This document shows positions 1-18,670 of a stretch of DNA of 64,000 bases, one piece after another. Every line of letters starts with the position of its first letter. Positions within the stretch are counted from its first letter, which is position 1. The translations under genes were made by a program, and so were the position numbers. The DNA comes from Saccostrea echinata (taxonomy: Eukaryota): contig NW_026889799.1 in assembly GCF_033153115.1 (NCBI RefSeq), positions 2,170,001-2,234,000 of the forward strand, given 5' to 3'. The notes beneath the pieces are model-generated. The model searched no databases, had not been told where the DNA came from, and saw only the letters and a list, made by a program, of their open reading frames with translations.

Positions 1-171
1 TGCCTCTTTATGCCTTAAATGTACTTAAGTATGCCGGGACAAATTTCCGCAGAAAATTTGTGACTCCATTGACTCCATGCATAGCATAAACTAATACCAG
101 GTAGAAAAAAGTGCTTCTGCAGTATTTGCACAAAGTATGAATGTCTTGATAAATTGATGGTTTTTTTACAG

Positions 172-3100
172 GAGAAGAGAATGAGTAAGGCAATAGAGAT
201 CATGTTGACTCACGTCGATAACTTGAGATTGTCACACGAGAGACAGACGGCCGAACTGGAGGAGGCCAGGTAAGGGGAATCAATCAGATAACTTAAACAA
301 GGCAATTATGTAATACCAGTAAATTAACTTTACTGTGAAATATAGCTGTTCAGTTAAAGTTAAGTCAAAATATATTTGCAGTTGTGTTTTCATGATAATG
401 ATATAGCTGTTTGATAAAATTAGGAAAAAATATATTTCAAGTATGTTTTCATGATAATGATATTGTGTGCTTTAATTCAGAATCTCTGATTAATATTGTG
501 TTGGTGATTAAGATTGTGTATTTTCTGCTGTAGAAAATTAATTCAGGACAACAGACCCTTTGGTGGTAGCTCAGATATAGGTAAGGATATCTTATCATTT
601 TATCTGCTGGTTATTCAATGCATACATCTCAAACAACTTTTATCATATTAAAACATGTCCTCATTTAAGTCATATTGCTTAATTGATAAGGGGATAACGT
701 GTGTGAAATTGATATCAATGATGCTAGAGAGAAATTAAGAAATGAGTATAGGTGAACTCATGTAAATGATTGAAACTTAATATATGTTTTGTTGATTGTT
801 CTTTCCAGGAGATTTTACAGGACTTTCGAGAAGATCCGCCTCTGTGTGCCAGAGCAATGCCTTTCTACCAAAAGTAAATTAACTAGAATTCTATAATATT
901 TACTCTCTCAGAGAAAAAGTGATGTCATATGCCAATATAGTATCAGTATGTTTAATAAAGTTTTATTAATCAGTGCTGCTTGGTTAAATAATAAATTTTG
1001 CTACTTAATTAACAGTTTACAATCATCACAGTGCTTAAGGTTAAAGTCAAATCAAGATCACAATATTTGTTGAAATTAAAGGAAGATTTTGCATGTTCTT
1101 TTGTGTTATTATATAGCGTACCTTTGTGGCCCACAAGCATTTAGATCAACTATACATGCTTTTTATGCAAGGCTTCTTCTGTACAGTAAATATTAGTTGT
1201 CATTAAAGTTTTGATATTCTGCAACTTTTGGTTTCTGATATTTAGTGTTAATCTTGCATGGAAAGTTTTGCAGTTAGTTTCGATACTTCATTTCATAGTT
1301 TATAGTTCTTTAATTTTCTGTTTTGTGGACATGATTTTAATCTGGCTCTTCTCTCTGAGATGGCTCTGATTTTGTATACTCTCAAGCTGAGCTAAGCAAA
1401 AAGTGCTTTTTTTAAGCATCCATTTTCCAAATTCATGCCAAATTTTGGAAGAAAGGGTATGTGGATATGATTTTTCAATGAGAAACCTTGCCCCTTCTCA
1501 AGGAAGAGTAGTGGGAAAATATGGTAGCACATTACATTCTGTGGGTATTACCTACACACTGGGTTAGAAATCATTAATAGACTTTTTGTGAAATGTAGAC
1601 TAAATACTTTAGAAAAGGAAAAATTCTAACATTTCAAGATGATAAGTTTTTTTCTATACATGTACATGATACTAGGGCACTCCTGACACCAAAACTGTTG
1701 ATGGTTAAAGAAAGAGAATGACTTAAAAGAAATTATTATGCTAAGTAGTTAAAAAATATTGAAGATAAAGAACGCAATTCTTATTTACTTCAAATTAAAG
1801 GAAATTACAGTAGTTTTGATAATGTATTTCTTAATGTAGGACCTCATGCACGTAACAATTTTATATGAAATTAAACAGGGGGCTCGTCGCCGAGTTAGTG
1901 ATGCTACCTTGAATCGAAGTGGGCTTCCCCACTCTGTCTCCATGGTAAGTGACCTTTTGAACCCTGTGTGTGAGTTCCCTAAAAAAGGCAACCTTTACAT
2001 AATGTAAGCTTCACTGTTATAAACTAGCAGCCTTCTATAATCGTACATGGAATATGTTAATTGTAAATGCTATATAATGATATATTATCTATCATACATA
2101 TTTTACCAGCATACAAATTATATCAACATAATAATAAATATACACCTTAATACTTGATTTATTATCATTTTCTATGGCACTTTTTATAATAATCTATAAC
2201 ACAATTAGCATCAATATCTTTGGAATGTAAGTAGTAGCCTGGAACGTGCATGCCTTCATTCTTACCCTAGGACTGCATTTCTGAGTCCATGCATGTAACA
2301 CCATCTTTACGGAGGGAGTTGTCCATTACAGATGAGGTGAGAATGAGATAACCACATGCTACTGCATTAATTGACAAACTGTAATTACTGTAAATGCTAT
2401 ATATTTCAATGTGATAAAAATCTTAATATTTAGAATTTACATTATTATTTTACTTTTAAAAAAATTATGGATCACAATTATAAATATCTTGATTTGCCCT
2501 CTCCTGACCCATAACGAGTAAAATTATTTGTCCAAGGAATACAGATATTAAAATGTGAATCTATCACAGTATGAATAATTATTAATAATATTACAATAAT
2601 TAAGAAATAAAATTCACATTTTCTTGTATGTTGCAGGGTAACGTCTAAGGTTGAAAATATTGTTTTGAAATATAAAGGCCAGGGTTGTTCCTAAGAATTG
2701 AAATAGCAGGGGACAATTATAGAAGTAGAAGGGGGTCTTGGATTCCTTCCCTAACAGGGGGTTCAGGGGGAATGCCAGGGTAACGGGGGGATAATGCCAT
2801 TACAGGCACGGACATTCCCTGGCCCACGGGTCTTAGGGACAACCCTGAAAGCTGAGACATTTATAAGCGGTTTCAAGCAATACACAACATTTTGACTGCA
2901 GACTCTTAGGCCTTAAACTTAGATGAGCTCACTTTTGACTCGGTCTCCTTTTTACCAAAGGAATGTATAATGGAAAATGAGATTGAGAGCAAAAAGGAAC
3001 TTGTCTAAGTTTTTTGGCCATGGGGCCTGAAGAGAAATCAATATGGTCTAAATAAATATTACATTCTAAAGTTATATATTCATTCACCTGTACAAGTTTG

Positions 3101-5826
3101 ATATGGTCTAAATAAATATTACATTCTAAAGTTATATATTCATTCACCTGTACAAGTTTGATACGTGTCTCAGATCTGAAAATCTTTTGATTTATTGGAG
3201 AATAATGTCTGCGGCATTTCTTTGATCTCGGCAATGATTTTAGTAGAATGCACCATAGATGTTTCTTTCTGTAGTGAGTAAAATTTGAATAGAGAAATCT
3301 TTTTTTGAAGTATGAAAATAAAAACTTGGGTCATTTGAATTCTTTAAGTAATTTGAATAAGGGTAAGGTCAAAACTTTTTTAGTGTAGACTTCTTAGTGT
3401 TTTCCAGGCATGTGCATGCATGTATTCAAAAATATATGGCCCTTGCTTTTGTTTATATTTATTACTCTTTTTTTTTTTTTTTTTTTCGCAATAAATATGC
3501 TTAGAAATCAGATGACTAGACTAATTTAATTAAAATGTCTTCTTTCTTAAAAAAGAAAAAGAAGAAAATCTGCTCTGTTTTATCATAAATCTCCAAATAT
3601 GTACAATGTCAATTTCAAAGAGAAAAAAAAACAAACTATTGTATGGATTTTGAACATGTTCAGTGTATGTACCCTGTTTTAGGATGCCAGATCCAAGTTT
3701 CAGCAGCTAGCATCAGTAGCAGCCCTGAAGAACTCCACCACCTCAGCCTTTAAGCGGGCCTCCATGAGTAAACAGACCAGCACCACGTCACTATTAGGAC
3801 AGAACCTCCGACTGTCCCAGGACAGTACCCAGTCTGAGAGGTATATATAGTAAACTACATTAATTTGACTTATTGTAGAGAATTCAAGATCAAGTATAAA
3901 GATAAGCCAGAGATTATTTGTCATTATTGTGAAAATTAAAACAATATTTTATCAATTCTCTATTAAAGTATTTATTAGATATAGATGTACATTTAGTCAT
4001 GTTTTTTGTCCTCCGCTTTGGCAAAAGTGCAAGGACATAAATCTTATTTGTCTGTTTGCCACAAAAACATAACTTTGACCCAAAGTTTTGAATGAGAACG
4101 ATGGGACTTTTATCTTTTACATGTTATGTGCATTATATAGGAAAGGACCTTTCAGAACATATTGTATGATTTTTGACCTTGTGACCTTGCAAAAAATTTT
4201 TTGAAAAAATTAACCTTGGTCAGAGCTGTTGCACCTGAAAAGACCGGGCTTTCATACTTTTACATGATCATTTCCTATAACACGACTTTTCCCTGAAGTT
4301 TGACCTAATTTTCAAAATCTTAAACTTATTAGTAGTTTTTGCACCAGAAGAGGTCGATTTCATGCCAGTATTTTTCAGTTGACAGTACTATCATTTTTGA
4401 CCTTATGACCTTGACCCCAAAGTTTGACTTTCAAAAACTTTAATCTTGGCAGTTACTTTTGCACAAGAATATATTACTTAAATATAATGTACACTGCTCT
4501 TTTAGCATGATGGACAGACAAGACAGTTACATTATGCCATAGATCACTACACCCTAATCAATAAAACCTCTAAAACATAGGACCCCAATTCTCTGAAATA
4601 TTGCTTTTGTTCATTACATGATATGACACACATTTGATTGTGCAATTTCTTAAAAGATATAATTTTCCACACAAGACATTTTATTGATGGAAATTTATTT
4701 TTTCATTTTATTCAACTTTGTGAAAAACTGGATGTATTTTCATGTAAAGATTCAAAATTGTGATGCTCGTGCCTACTCAACAGCTTTCGAAGTGCTTCAA
4801 ATACACATATTTTATGTATAATGTTTAGTCAGATGTTTGATGAAATTCTCCATATTAATACTTGCAATATAATATATTATAAATATATATATGATCTCTT
4901 TCATGGAAAAAAATCTTATTCTGCAGCAAGTCCTCAGGATCCGGCTCCAAGCAACATTCAGTGGAGGAGGAAGCATTTCAAAAAGGGTAAGTAACTCTGA
5001 TCGATCACAAGTCAGTCGATCATCATGTGACGATTTTCATAAAACCATATACATCATTTCTCATTATGTGTATATTGTAAACTCAGATATTTTTTATTGG
5101 GGTGAAATTCTGCAATTTTTCCATGTAACAAAGCTTTTGGATAGGGGTAATTTTATTGGAAGTTTAGGAATTCACTAATGCATGCATATCCTGTAGTACT
5201 GTACCTCCTTTAAAAATTGTTCATGTATTGTTGACAGATAATAAATTTTGTGAAACTTTACTCATTCACAAATGCAAACATTTCCTTGTTTACAGTAATC
5301 ATAGATATTATATATGATGCATTTTTTTGTGTTAGGTTTGAGCAGGGCTACAAGGCTCAGATTACAGGACAGTTAAAACAGTTACGAGATCAGCAGAACT
5401 CCATCACAGACTCGTTGGAGGAACTCCGTGACAAGTGTGAAGAGGCGGAGGAAGAGGAAACAGAGGAAGTGTCAGTACCAAGGCATTCTGGGAAATAATC
5501 TGTTGTTGATCATTCTGAATTTTATGTTTTGGTTTTTAGAAGTCTAACAGATGCATGTATTTTCAATCGGTATTCCAAAAGTGAAATGTTTCCAATTTTA
5601 TATTCTACATTTTGTGTTGTACAGAAGCTTGCGAGACACCATCATGACCAAGTTCTGGGAACACGTACCAGAGTGGGAGACAGCCAGTAAGAAGCTCCGA
5701 CTGGCCACCGTCATCTTCTTCCTGTTTCTGGCCGCGGTCAGTGTCATCATGTCCTTCTTCCCTGTGGGGTACGCAGCGGTCCAGGTGTACCCAGAGTATC
5801 ACCATGTCAACCCCCCACCTGTCTGA
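172..5826 (+). CDS. LRMP: LRMP/IRAG (Jaw1/MRVI1-family) coiled-coil KASH-domain protein; 3' part only, 5' exons lie upstream of the window
   Basis: Phase-consistent AG/GT exons 172-269, 534-580, 809-873, 1879-1944, (2271-2336 optional), 3683-3840, 4927-4986, 5336-5470, 5625-5826. Translation EKRMSKAIEIMLTHVDNLRLSHERQTAELEEARKLIQDN resembles the IRAG/LRMP coiled coil as I recall it (RVSKAVEVMIQHVENLKRMYAKEHAELEELK). It also has RRRVS and EEEAFQKGFEQG motifs, then a TM helix and a luminal tail ending HHVNPPPV*, the KASH PPPX terminus. Confidence 0.88.
2680..2847. mobile_element. MITE with CAGGGTTGTYCCTAAGA terminal inverted repeats (hAT-like ends)
   Basis: cagggttgttcctaaga at 2680 and tcttagggacaaccctg ending 2847; a second copy in opposite orientation lies at 47270-47434. 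Confidence 0.7.
3041..3160. repeat. Perfect 60-bp tandem duplication (intronic)
   Basis: atatggtcta...tacaagtttg occurs identically at 3041-3100 and 3101-3160. Confidence 0.95.
4002..4470 (+). mobile_element. Degenerate Helentron/HINE-type element with TTGACCTTGACC-type monomers
   Basis: Head with gtctgtttg microsatellite followed by about 3 decayed monomers resembling those at 47592 and 61396. Confidence 0.55.
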
Positions 5827-7286
5827 CCTAGTGCTATTTATAGTAACAGCAATAGCAGCAAGCCATCTTTTAGTGCATTTTTATTACAAGCAATATAATG
5901 GTGTTTAATTTCCCATTTAAGTAAGGTTTGAGTATACAACCATTACATTGAATTTTATTTTTCTTTATTTTAAATATAGTTATAAGCTAATTTTACAGAT
6001 ATCTATTTGTAAACCGGATATCAAATTTAACTAATCAAAATTATATTGATGGCAGTTGTTTTAAAATATACATGTGGTCCCATGATTTGTCACATTTCTT
6101 GCCTTAAGATGCATAAGTTGCTTCTTGTTCCAATTACTAAATGAACAGATGTTTTAAATTGAGATCTTTTAATGAAATTCTCGTGAATTTTTGTTTTATT
6201 TTTTTAATTAATTTTTCAATTATTTGATGTGTACAAAATGTTGTGTACACTATATGAGAAATTAAGAGTCCCAGACAGGCGGCCCCATTCCATCTGTTCA
6301 TTTTATGTCTTCTTAAATATATAGAAATCCACCTATGATATGTACACTGTAGTCAAATTTATTGATATTTTTATGTTGATTGAACACATATTGAAGGTGT
6401 AGAATATTTTTTTGATAATGAAATGTGCCAAAGAGTATGCTTCTTAATATCAATTATCTATGAGTACATGAACTTTTGTATTTTTAGAAAAAGTAAGTGT
6501 TTTACATCTGAATTAGACAAGACAGAGAGCGGACTTGATCAAGGGAGACAATGCATACAATTGCTACATTAAGCTACCCACCTACTGGTTAATTATAGGG
6601 CAGATAAAGAAAAAAAATACCATCTCAATTCTTAGGGTTTCCAAAAAAAATCCCTGCAGGTACATATTTCAGACATTTTTCTTCTTTTCTTAGACTCCAA
6701 AGAAATACATTTCACCAATAATTTTCACGGACTGTGTGTGAATAAAAAACAGATAAATGTCATCAACTGTTCATATATACATTTGCATTGTACATGTATT
6801 TGTAGCCAGGAAGGTGCCTATAGGGATGGTCAATGTAGCTGTATTCTATTCTTTAAAGATATGAATGCATGCTTACTACTGATTAATAATGGAATTAGAA
6901 TACCTGGTTATTGAACCTTCTGCATTTATTAAAATTCTCTATTTACTTCCTCAAACAACTTGTTCTTATGTTGTTGAAAATTAAAAAATGTACATGTAAC
7001 TTGATCAATAACTGGGCATATATAGGAATGATAATTACATATGTACAATGTGTGAATTTAAGGTGTGCATTATTTTTAGAAAAGTGACATTACATGCAAA
7101 GAACTTTTGGGAAGCATTTGCACATTATAAAATTTGTGTATGATAAATTAACATTGCTGGCATTGTTTTAAGTGTTACAAGGTTTTAAGTTATTGATGAT
7201 GGTGTAAATGGATCAATGTATTATCTGTTGTTTATTGAATTTCAGTTTTGGCTGTGATCATAATTTATCCATTTAACAAGTTGTTG

Positions 7287-7292
7287 AATAAA
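7287..7292 (+). other. Candidate polyadenylation signal of the LRMP-like gene
   Basis: AATAAA (overlapping pair) about 1.46 kb after the stop, followed by T/GT-rich sequence; other AATAAA hexamers also occur in this UTR. Confidence 0.35.
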
Positions 7293-8105
7293 ATAAATTT
7301 AAAATCAATCACATCAGTTATTTGTTAAATAAATGTAGAAGAATATTTTTTTTGTGTGAATTTGATGGTACTACACTGAATAGGTAAAAACAATAGGTTA
7401 ATAAATACAACTAACTTTCTTGTGCATTTATTAATGGAGGATGTGTCCAGTTTGACTTGAACATCACAAGTATTTGAAGTACACGTAGATGTGAAATTAA
7501 GTCGTGCAATGGCCCTGTAGATTTGCTCAAGGTCACTAGTACCGTTGCATGTTGTGTATTGAGCATTCCTGACCTAGGTCCTTTAAGTACATGGTCGTAT
7601 TTGTGATGTAGATGTTATTTCATCTGAACATTGCATAGAAGGAGAGTTAACGTTGTAATGACTGATCAACAAGAAACATATGTAAATGAGTCATTGTCTC
7701 AGGGTCAAGTATAACTTGCAAAGTACAAAGTTTTACATGTAGTACAACTTTTATAGGTCACCTTGACAAAATTGAGGGACTAGTGAATTCAAGGTTTTGG
7801 AGTGATTCATTCAAATTTTTTGGGTAAAATTTGGTAAATATGTCTAGCTTTTACCCAACTTGTACACAGGATAGGTACATGTATTTGGGTTCTGATGCTG
7901 CAAGTGACTAGCGAATATGTGCAACTCACTATATAGTGAAAACGTCAAATTTTAAATAATTTTGTGGGTTTTTTTTAATATAAAATGATTAAATGTAACT
8001 CATTCTTGTAACGCCGATTTTATTTTAAAATTTGATACCATACAAACTAAGCATTGTATTTATCGGTTGTGAGCATTTGAAAAAAAAAATTCCAATTCTT
8101 AAAAT

Positions 8106-9684
8106 TCATTTATGAAGTAGCTTAGAATCGTTTCGAACAGGCCTAGTTCGTCTATTTACTCGCTTCCCTTTCTTTCGGGGAGTACGTAGATGAGGAAATA
8201 TTAGTTTTGGTATTATGATCCGATAATCTGATACACAAACCGACAGGTTTTTACGTAAAAAAGGGTCTTCCATTATCATTTTAATATCCTGCTCTAACAA
8301 AAGTCTTTGCTTGGAAATTCTCCGTCTTTTACGCGGCTGGTTAACGATTAGTTGGAGGAATTCACACTTGCATTTCCTGAATTTTGTTCGACATTCCTCC
8401 GACTTGTTATCAATGCTCCTCTCAGTGACGGATGATTTTCTTGAAGGTTTTGTGGATTTTACATCTCCCACTGACGACGGCACTTGATATATTTTACTGA
8501 TGTTTTGTTTCTGACTTTCGGATTTCTTCTTCAATTTGACACCCTTCTCTCTGTTTTTGTCATTTGTTGAATTTTTGTTGAAGACATCAAAATTCGTTTT
8601 GAATTTTCTATATGAGGACTGTACGTTTTGATCCTGTAATGTCACCTGCTTTTTCTGAGAATGGCTCTTTTGGCTGTCTTCATGTGTAGTTATTTTCTTG
8701 TCAATTTCGAATTCGGTCTCTTTCTTGTACCAAACACCGCCCTCAACTTTGGCTGATGCATCAGTTGCATAGCCTGTACTAGTTTTTGTGGTACTTTCAG
8801 AGGAACAGATTTGTTTTTCGAAGTTTAAGATGGTCATATTTTCTTGGTAATTGAATGGTGCACCGGAAGTAAAAATGACATCAATCTGTTCATCAGAAGT
8901 ACTCGTCGATTCACTAGAGTTATCATCACTTGAGCTGCTTCCGGAACTCTGTAGTTTCCGGTCAACCTTAGAAAGTTGTGAATCATTATTGTCTGTGTTT
9001 GGAGTGTGTTTCGTGTCTCTTTCGGAAATACTGAGTACAGTTTCCTTGTTGTGTATCTTCTACAAGTACATGTATTCGAACAACGATTGAAATTTTCTAA
9101 CATTAAGAGGACCCAATGCCTTAAATGTGGAAATTAAAACTGAGTACTGTAAAATAGTCTGATATTTAGGTATAATTTTCTGTGCACCTTAAAATCAATT
9201 TTGCTAAAAGGTTATCTATAATTAGCATTTTATATTATGTATTTAAGAATGCAACCTTTTTTCAATAGAGTGGAAAAACTTCTGTCTTTCAAATTCATAG
9301 AGTAAGCCCTGACAGGCTGTTTCACAGTACAGAAAGTCAGACTTCTCTAAGGAAAGAATATTTAATACTATATACCTAATATTAATTTATTTACTACTAA
9401 TATTGCGTGATATTCTTTTGCTTACTCCTTTTTGACATTTTATTTCATCAATCAAAATCTACAACATTATGTCAGAAAGGGCACTACCTACCTCACATTG
9501 AAGAAAATTTGCGTCTGTATATATAATATATACTTAAAATTTGGATGCATGTAGCTAGAGATTAATTAATAGTGTCATCCCTCTCTCTGTCTTACCTTTT
9601 TCTTTCTGTTGTATATCAGAATAGCGATGATCGTTATGATGATAATGACAACAATACCACTGACGACAGACGCAACCACAATAT
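8106..9684 (-). CDS. Uncharacterised single-pass membrane protein with long Ser/Lys/Arg-rich tail (5' end unresolved)
   Basis: TM exon 9684-9596 (cag|..IVVASVVSGIVVIIIITIIAILIYNRKKK|gtaag, phase 0) can join the acceptor at 9059 (ttgtag|AAG), opening a stop-free frame to 8106 that includes ORF 8106..8837. Possible first exon MSKRNKK...YT from 10107 with a weak phase-1 donor. Confidence 0.5.
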
Positions 9685-10769
9685 CTGACGATTGAAAAAA
9701 TGAATTTAATTTAGATAAGTTAAAATCTTCTGTGTATATTTCTTTTAGAATAATGAATACATTTATCTTTACATCTCAATTTTGTATCTTAAATATCGTT
9801 GGAATTTAGTGGATGCATGTGCAGTATTTAATCCGGTGAATCTGCTGTTATACATGTAGAGGGGTAAATTATTAATTTTTAACACCAAGGGTATCTCCTT
9901 GAAGAAAAAAAATAACTCTCTAGCCGACATCGTAGAAAGGGCACTCCCTTTATAGTTTTTGGCCCCTTTAAACATATTAAAATATGTATATGCAAAATTA
10001 ACCATTATTTCAATATTTTTACATGTATAAAAACTACGGAAACGTTTCCTCTTTCGTAGATAGTTCTTTTTCACCAAAAAATTGGACTTTTTGTTACGTT
10101 TACTCATTTTTTCAGAACAGAAATAAATTACATATACATCCTAATTCTTTACGTACATAAGTAAGATATAAATATCCAATGTGTTTATTATTGGTACTTA
10201 CATTGGCTATCCATTAGTTTAATTAATTACTTGACAGTTACAACTGATAAACAACACGTCAACACAAGTATAAATGATCAGTAAACTGGAATTCTTTTTA
10301 AAAGACTCTCGTTTATGCGGAACGATAGTTTCCAGTGTGTAAATACGACTTTTGAAGTTGTCGTAACTTGTATTGAAATATTCACTGATGTAAGTGTAAA
10401 AGACGCGGAGAGGGCATATTTATATTGATTTTTGATTGCTAACCCCCCCCCCCCCCTCCCCGGGAAAAAAATCCTGGATCCATCCTGGCTACAATGTTAG
10501 TATTCTTGCTTGTCAAAAGTAACAAATATTTTATGTGGTTTGAAAAGATTGTCTTCAAAATAAGGTAATTAAAGAAAGAAGGAACAGACGCGCCTTGGAG
10601 GCATCTTTATCTTCTTCGTATTTGACTGTCAAACTGTAAAGCTGTCTGTGAAAATTTTCCCCTTAACCACTTTTAGTTCTTTTTTGTGCTCTGAAGCGAA
10701 CGGTGACATAGAATGAAAATAATGCATTTGAGTTGTCTCTCTTTTACCGAGATACGAAGTTATTAAAAT

Positions 10770-11035
10770 TTTTACTCATATGGAGACGCCACCACTTGCC
10801 GATGAGGAGCTGCAAATTTTGACCTATACTCGGCACTCAGGGCCATTGAGCAGTGAGGGATCTTAAGGTGCCAACACCTACTGCGACACAGGACCTCGCT
10901 TAATTTACACAGTCTCATCCGAAGGACCGGTCTCCATGTACGTCCCACACTGGGATTCGAACGCTCGACGTAAGGATCAACTCCTTACTCCGCAACTCTA
11001 GAGCGAACGCTCTAATCACTGCGCCACGCGGGCGA
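10770..11035 (-). mobile_element. tRNA-derived SINE
   Basis: Minus-strand head has A box TGGCGCAGTGATTAG and B box GTTCGAATCCC; body (tcactcatatrgagacgtcacc...gcactcanggncattgagc) is shared with copies at 34905 and 43300. Confidence 0.8.
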
Positions 11036-11348
11036 CTTAAAATTTCTGCAATGTACACAAGAAAGTATGATTTCTTTCATAATCAATACTGCATTAGAAT
11101 TCGATTAAAGATAAAGATTTAAGACATCATTTGATAGTGTTTAATTCACTTCAAATATTCCATATAATTATATATTCTCTATGCATACATACGACACAAG
11201 GCAGTTTATAAATTGTCTAGACACATAAATGAAAAATAATCTGATATGTAAAGAATAAATAACTAATGAAACAAAAAAAGTTTAAGAAATTAAAAAAAAT
11301 AGTCAACGTCATTTCACATTTGTCACTTTGGAAATTTGGGCATGCGCA

Positions 11349-17256
<5,908 letters not shown>

Positions 17257-18039
17257 TTTGTTGGATATCCTCAAAAGTAACTAATTACGTCTGAAGAACT
17301 AATATTTCTTGGAGAAGTTATTGACGAGGACGGGTCTAAGTCGGCTCGAGGGTGAAAAGAATCTAGGAAAAGAAGAACCCTAACTATTCTAAAACACCCA
17401 ATCACGTTATTTTGCAGCTGTTGAGTATTTTTCTAATAAATATATGTAATGACAATGGTTGCTGCTAATGAATTTATTCATAAAAAGAAATTTTCATTGG
17501 AAGACTATGACGTCATAGATCCTAACTCTCCCCCAAAATACTGTGATGAAACATTCGGGCACGTACGATCAGCTTTTACTCCTATCTTCTTGTATCTCCG
17601 AAAAACATCATTGCTGTGCACGCTGAGCTGGTAATCTCCAATATTCACCCGTGCATTGCTAGAAATATTTCGTCGATCCCTACGCGCAATACATGTGTGT
17701 AATTTGACTTTTGTAGCATTGTGGGGGAGTAAAGGGTATATTAATTAAGTTAATGGCATTATAATCTTATGATCCTTTTTACAAAAATACGCACAATATT
17801 ACGCACGAGTATATATACGTACATGTAGCTGTGTCTGCTGGCGTCTTATAGTGACTGTCTCATATAGCAGACTGTGAGTCTTTGATAAGCCTAAACCATC
17901 AGAATCTCCTTTATTGATAAACTCGGCATACAAGTGAAACTTTTTGTACATTTTTACGTTCATACTTTTTCAATTTCCAAAATTTTGTCATTTATATATA
18001 ACAATTTCTCTGAGAATTTAGAAAGAATAGAATAAGCAT

Positions 18040-18670
18040 CTATATATTGGATTCAAGACTTCATAAAAATCCTTACAAACAAAGATACATAGCGGGTTCC
18101 ATTAAATGTTCTACCAATTAAGCCTCTATCTTTACTCCTCACTAAAATATTAACAGTAGTGAAGGAGAAAGTTCAGGGGTACTGTGCAACAATATATTCG
18201 AGAAGTGGTGTAAATCAGATGTGGATACTTAAAAATTCCAAGGAACTTTGGAAAATTTGAAATCACAAAATTTTACCAAAATCAACAACATAAAAACTTA
18301 CGACTTTTCAACTTTATATACAACCATTCCCCACGATAAATTAAAGTCCAGGCTTTCTGAAATCATTGACATCTGCTTTTTCAATAAAAATGGAACTCGT
18401 AAATTTACTTACCTTGTCATTGGTCATTTGCAAAATTATTTTGTTAAAAAACATTCTGATTGTACACACAAGTACTCTGAAGTTGATATTAAAGAGATGC
18501 TTGGGTTTCTTATTGACAATATCTATGTGGTTTTTGGAGACCAGGTCTTCCAACAATCTATTGGAATTTCCATGGGCACTAATTGCGCCCCGTTATTAGC
18601 AGACCTATTTTTGTATTCATATGAAGCAGAATTTGTTTAAAATCTTATATGTGAAAAGAAGAAAACACTT
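18040..18670 (+). mobile_element. Penelope-like element reverse transcriptase fragment (Naiad-type), frameshifted
   Basis: Decayed YWI.LHKNPYKQRYIAGS, then TYDFSTLYTTIPH (motif A), a long A-to-B' insert, and QQSIGISMGTNCAPLLADLFL (motif B'). Stop at 18638. Overlaps in sequence with the copy at 39946. Confidence 0.88.

Noticed and set aside
5471-5498. GC donor at CCAAG|GC or stop at 5498 in the LRMP-like gene
   Set aside because: A canonical phase-2 donor GT|GTCAGT at 5471 joins the KASH exon in frame.
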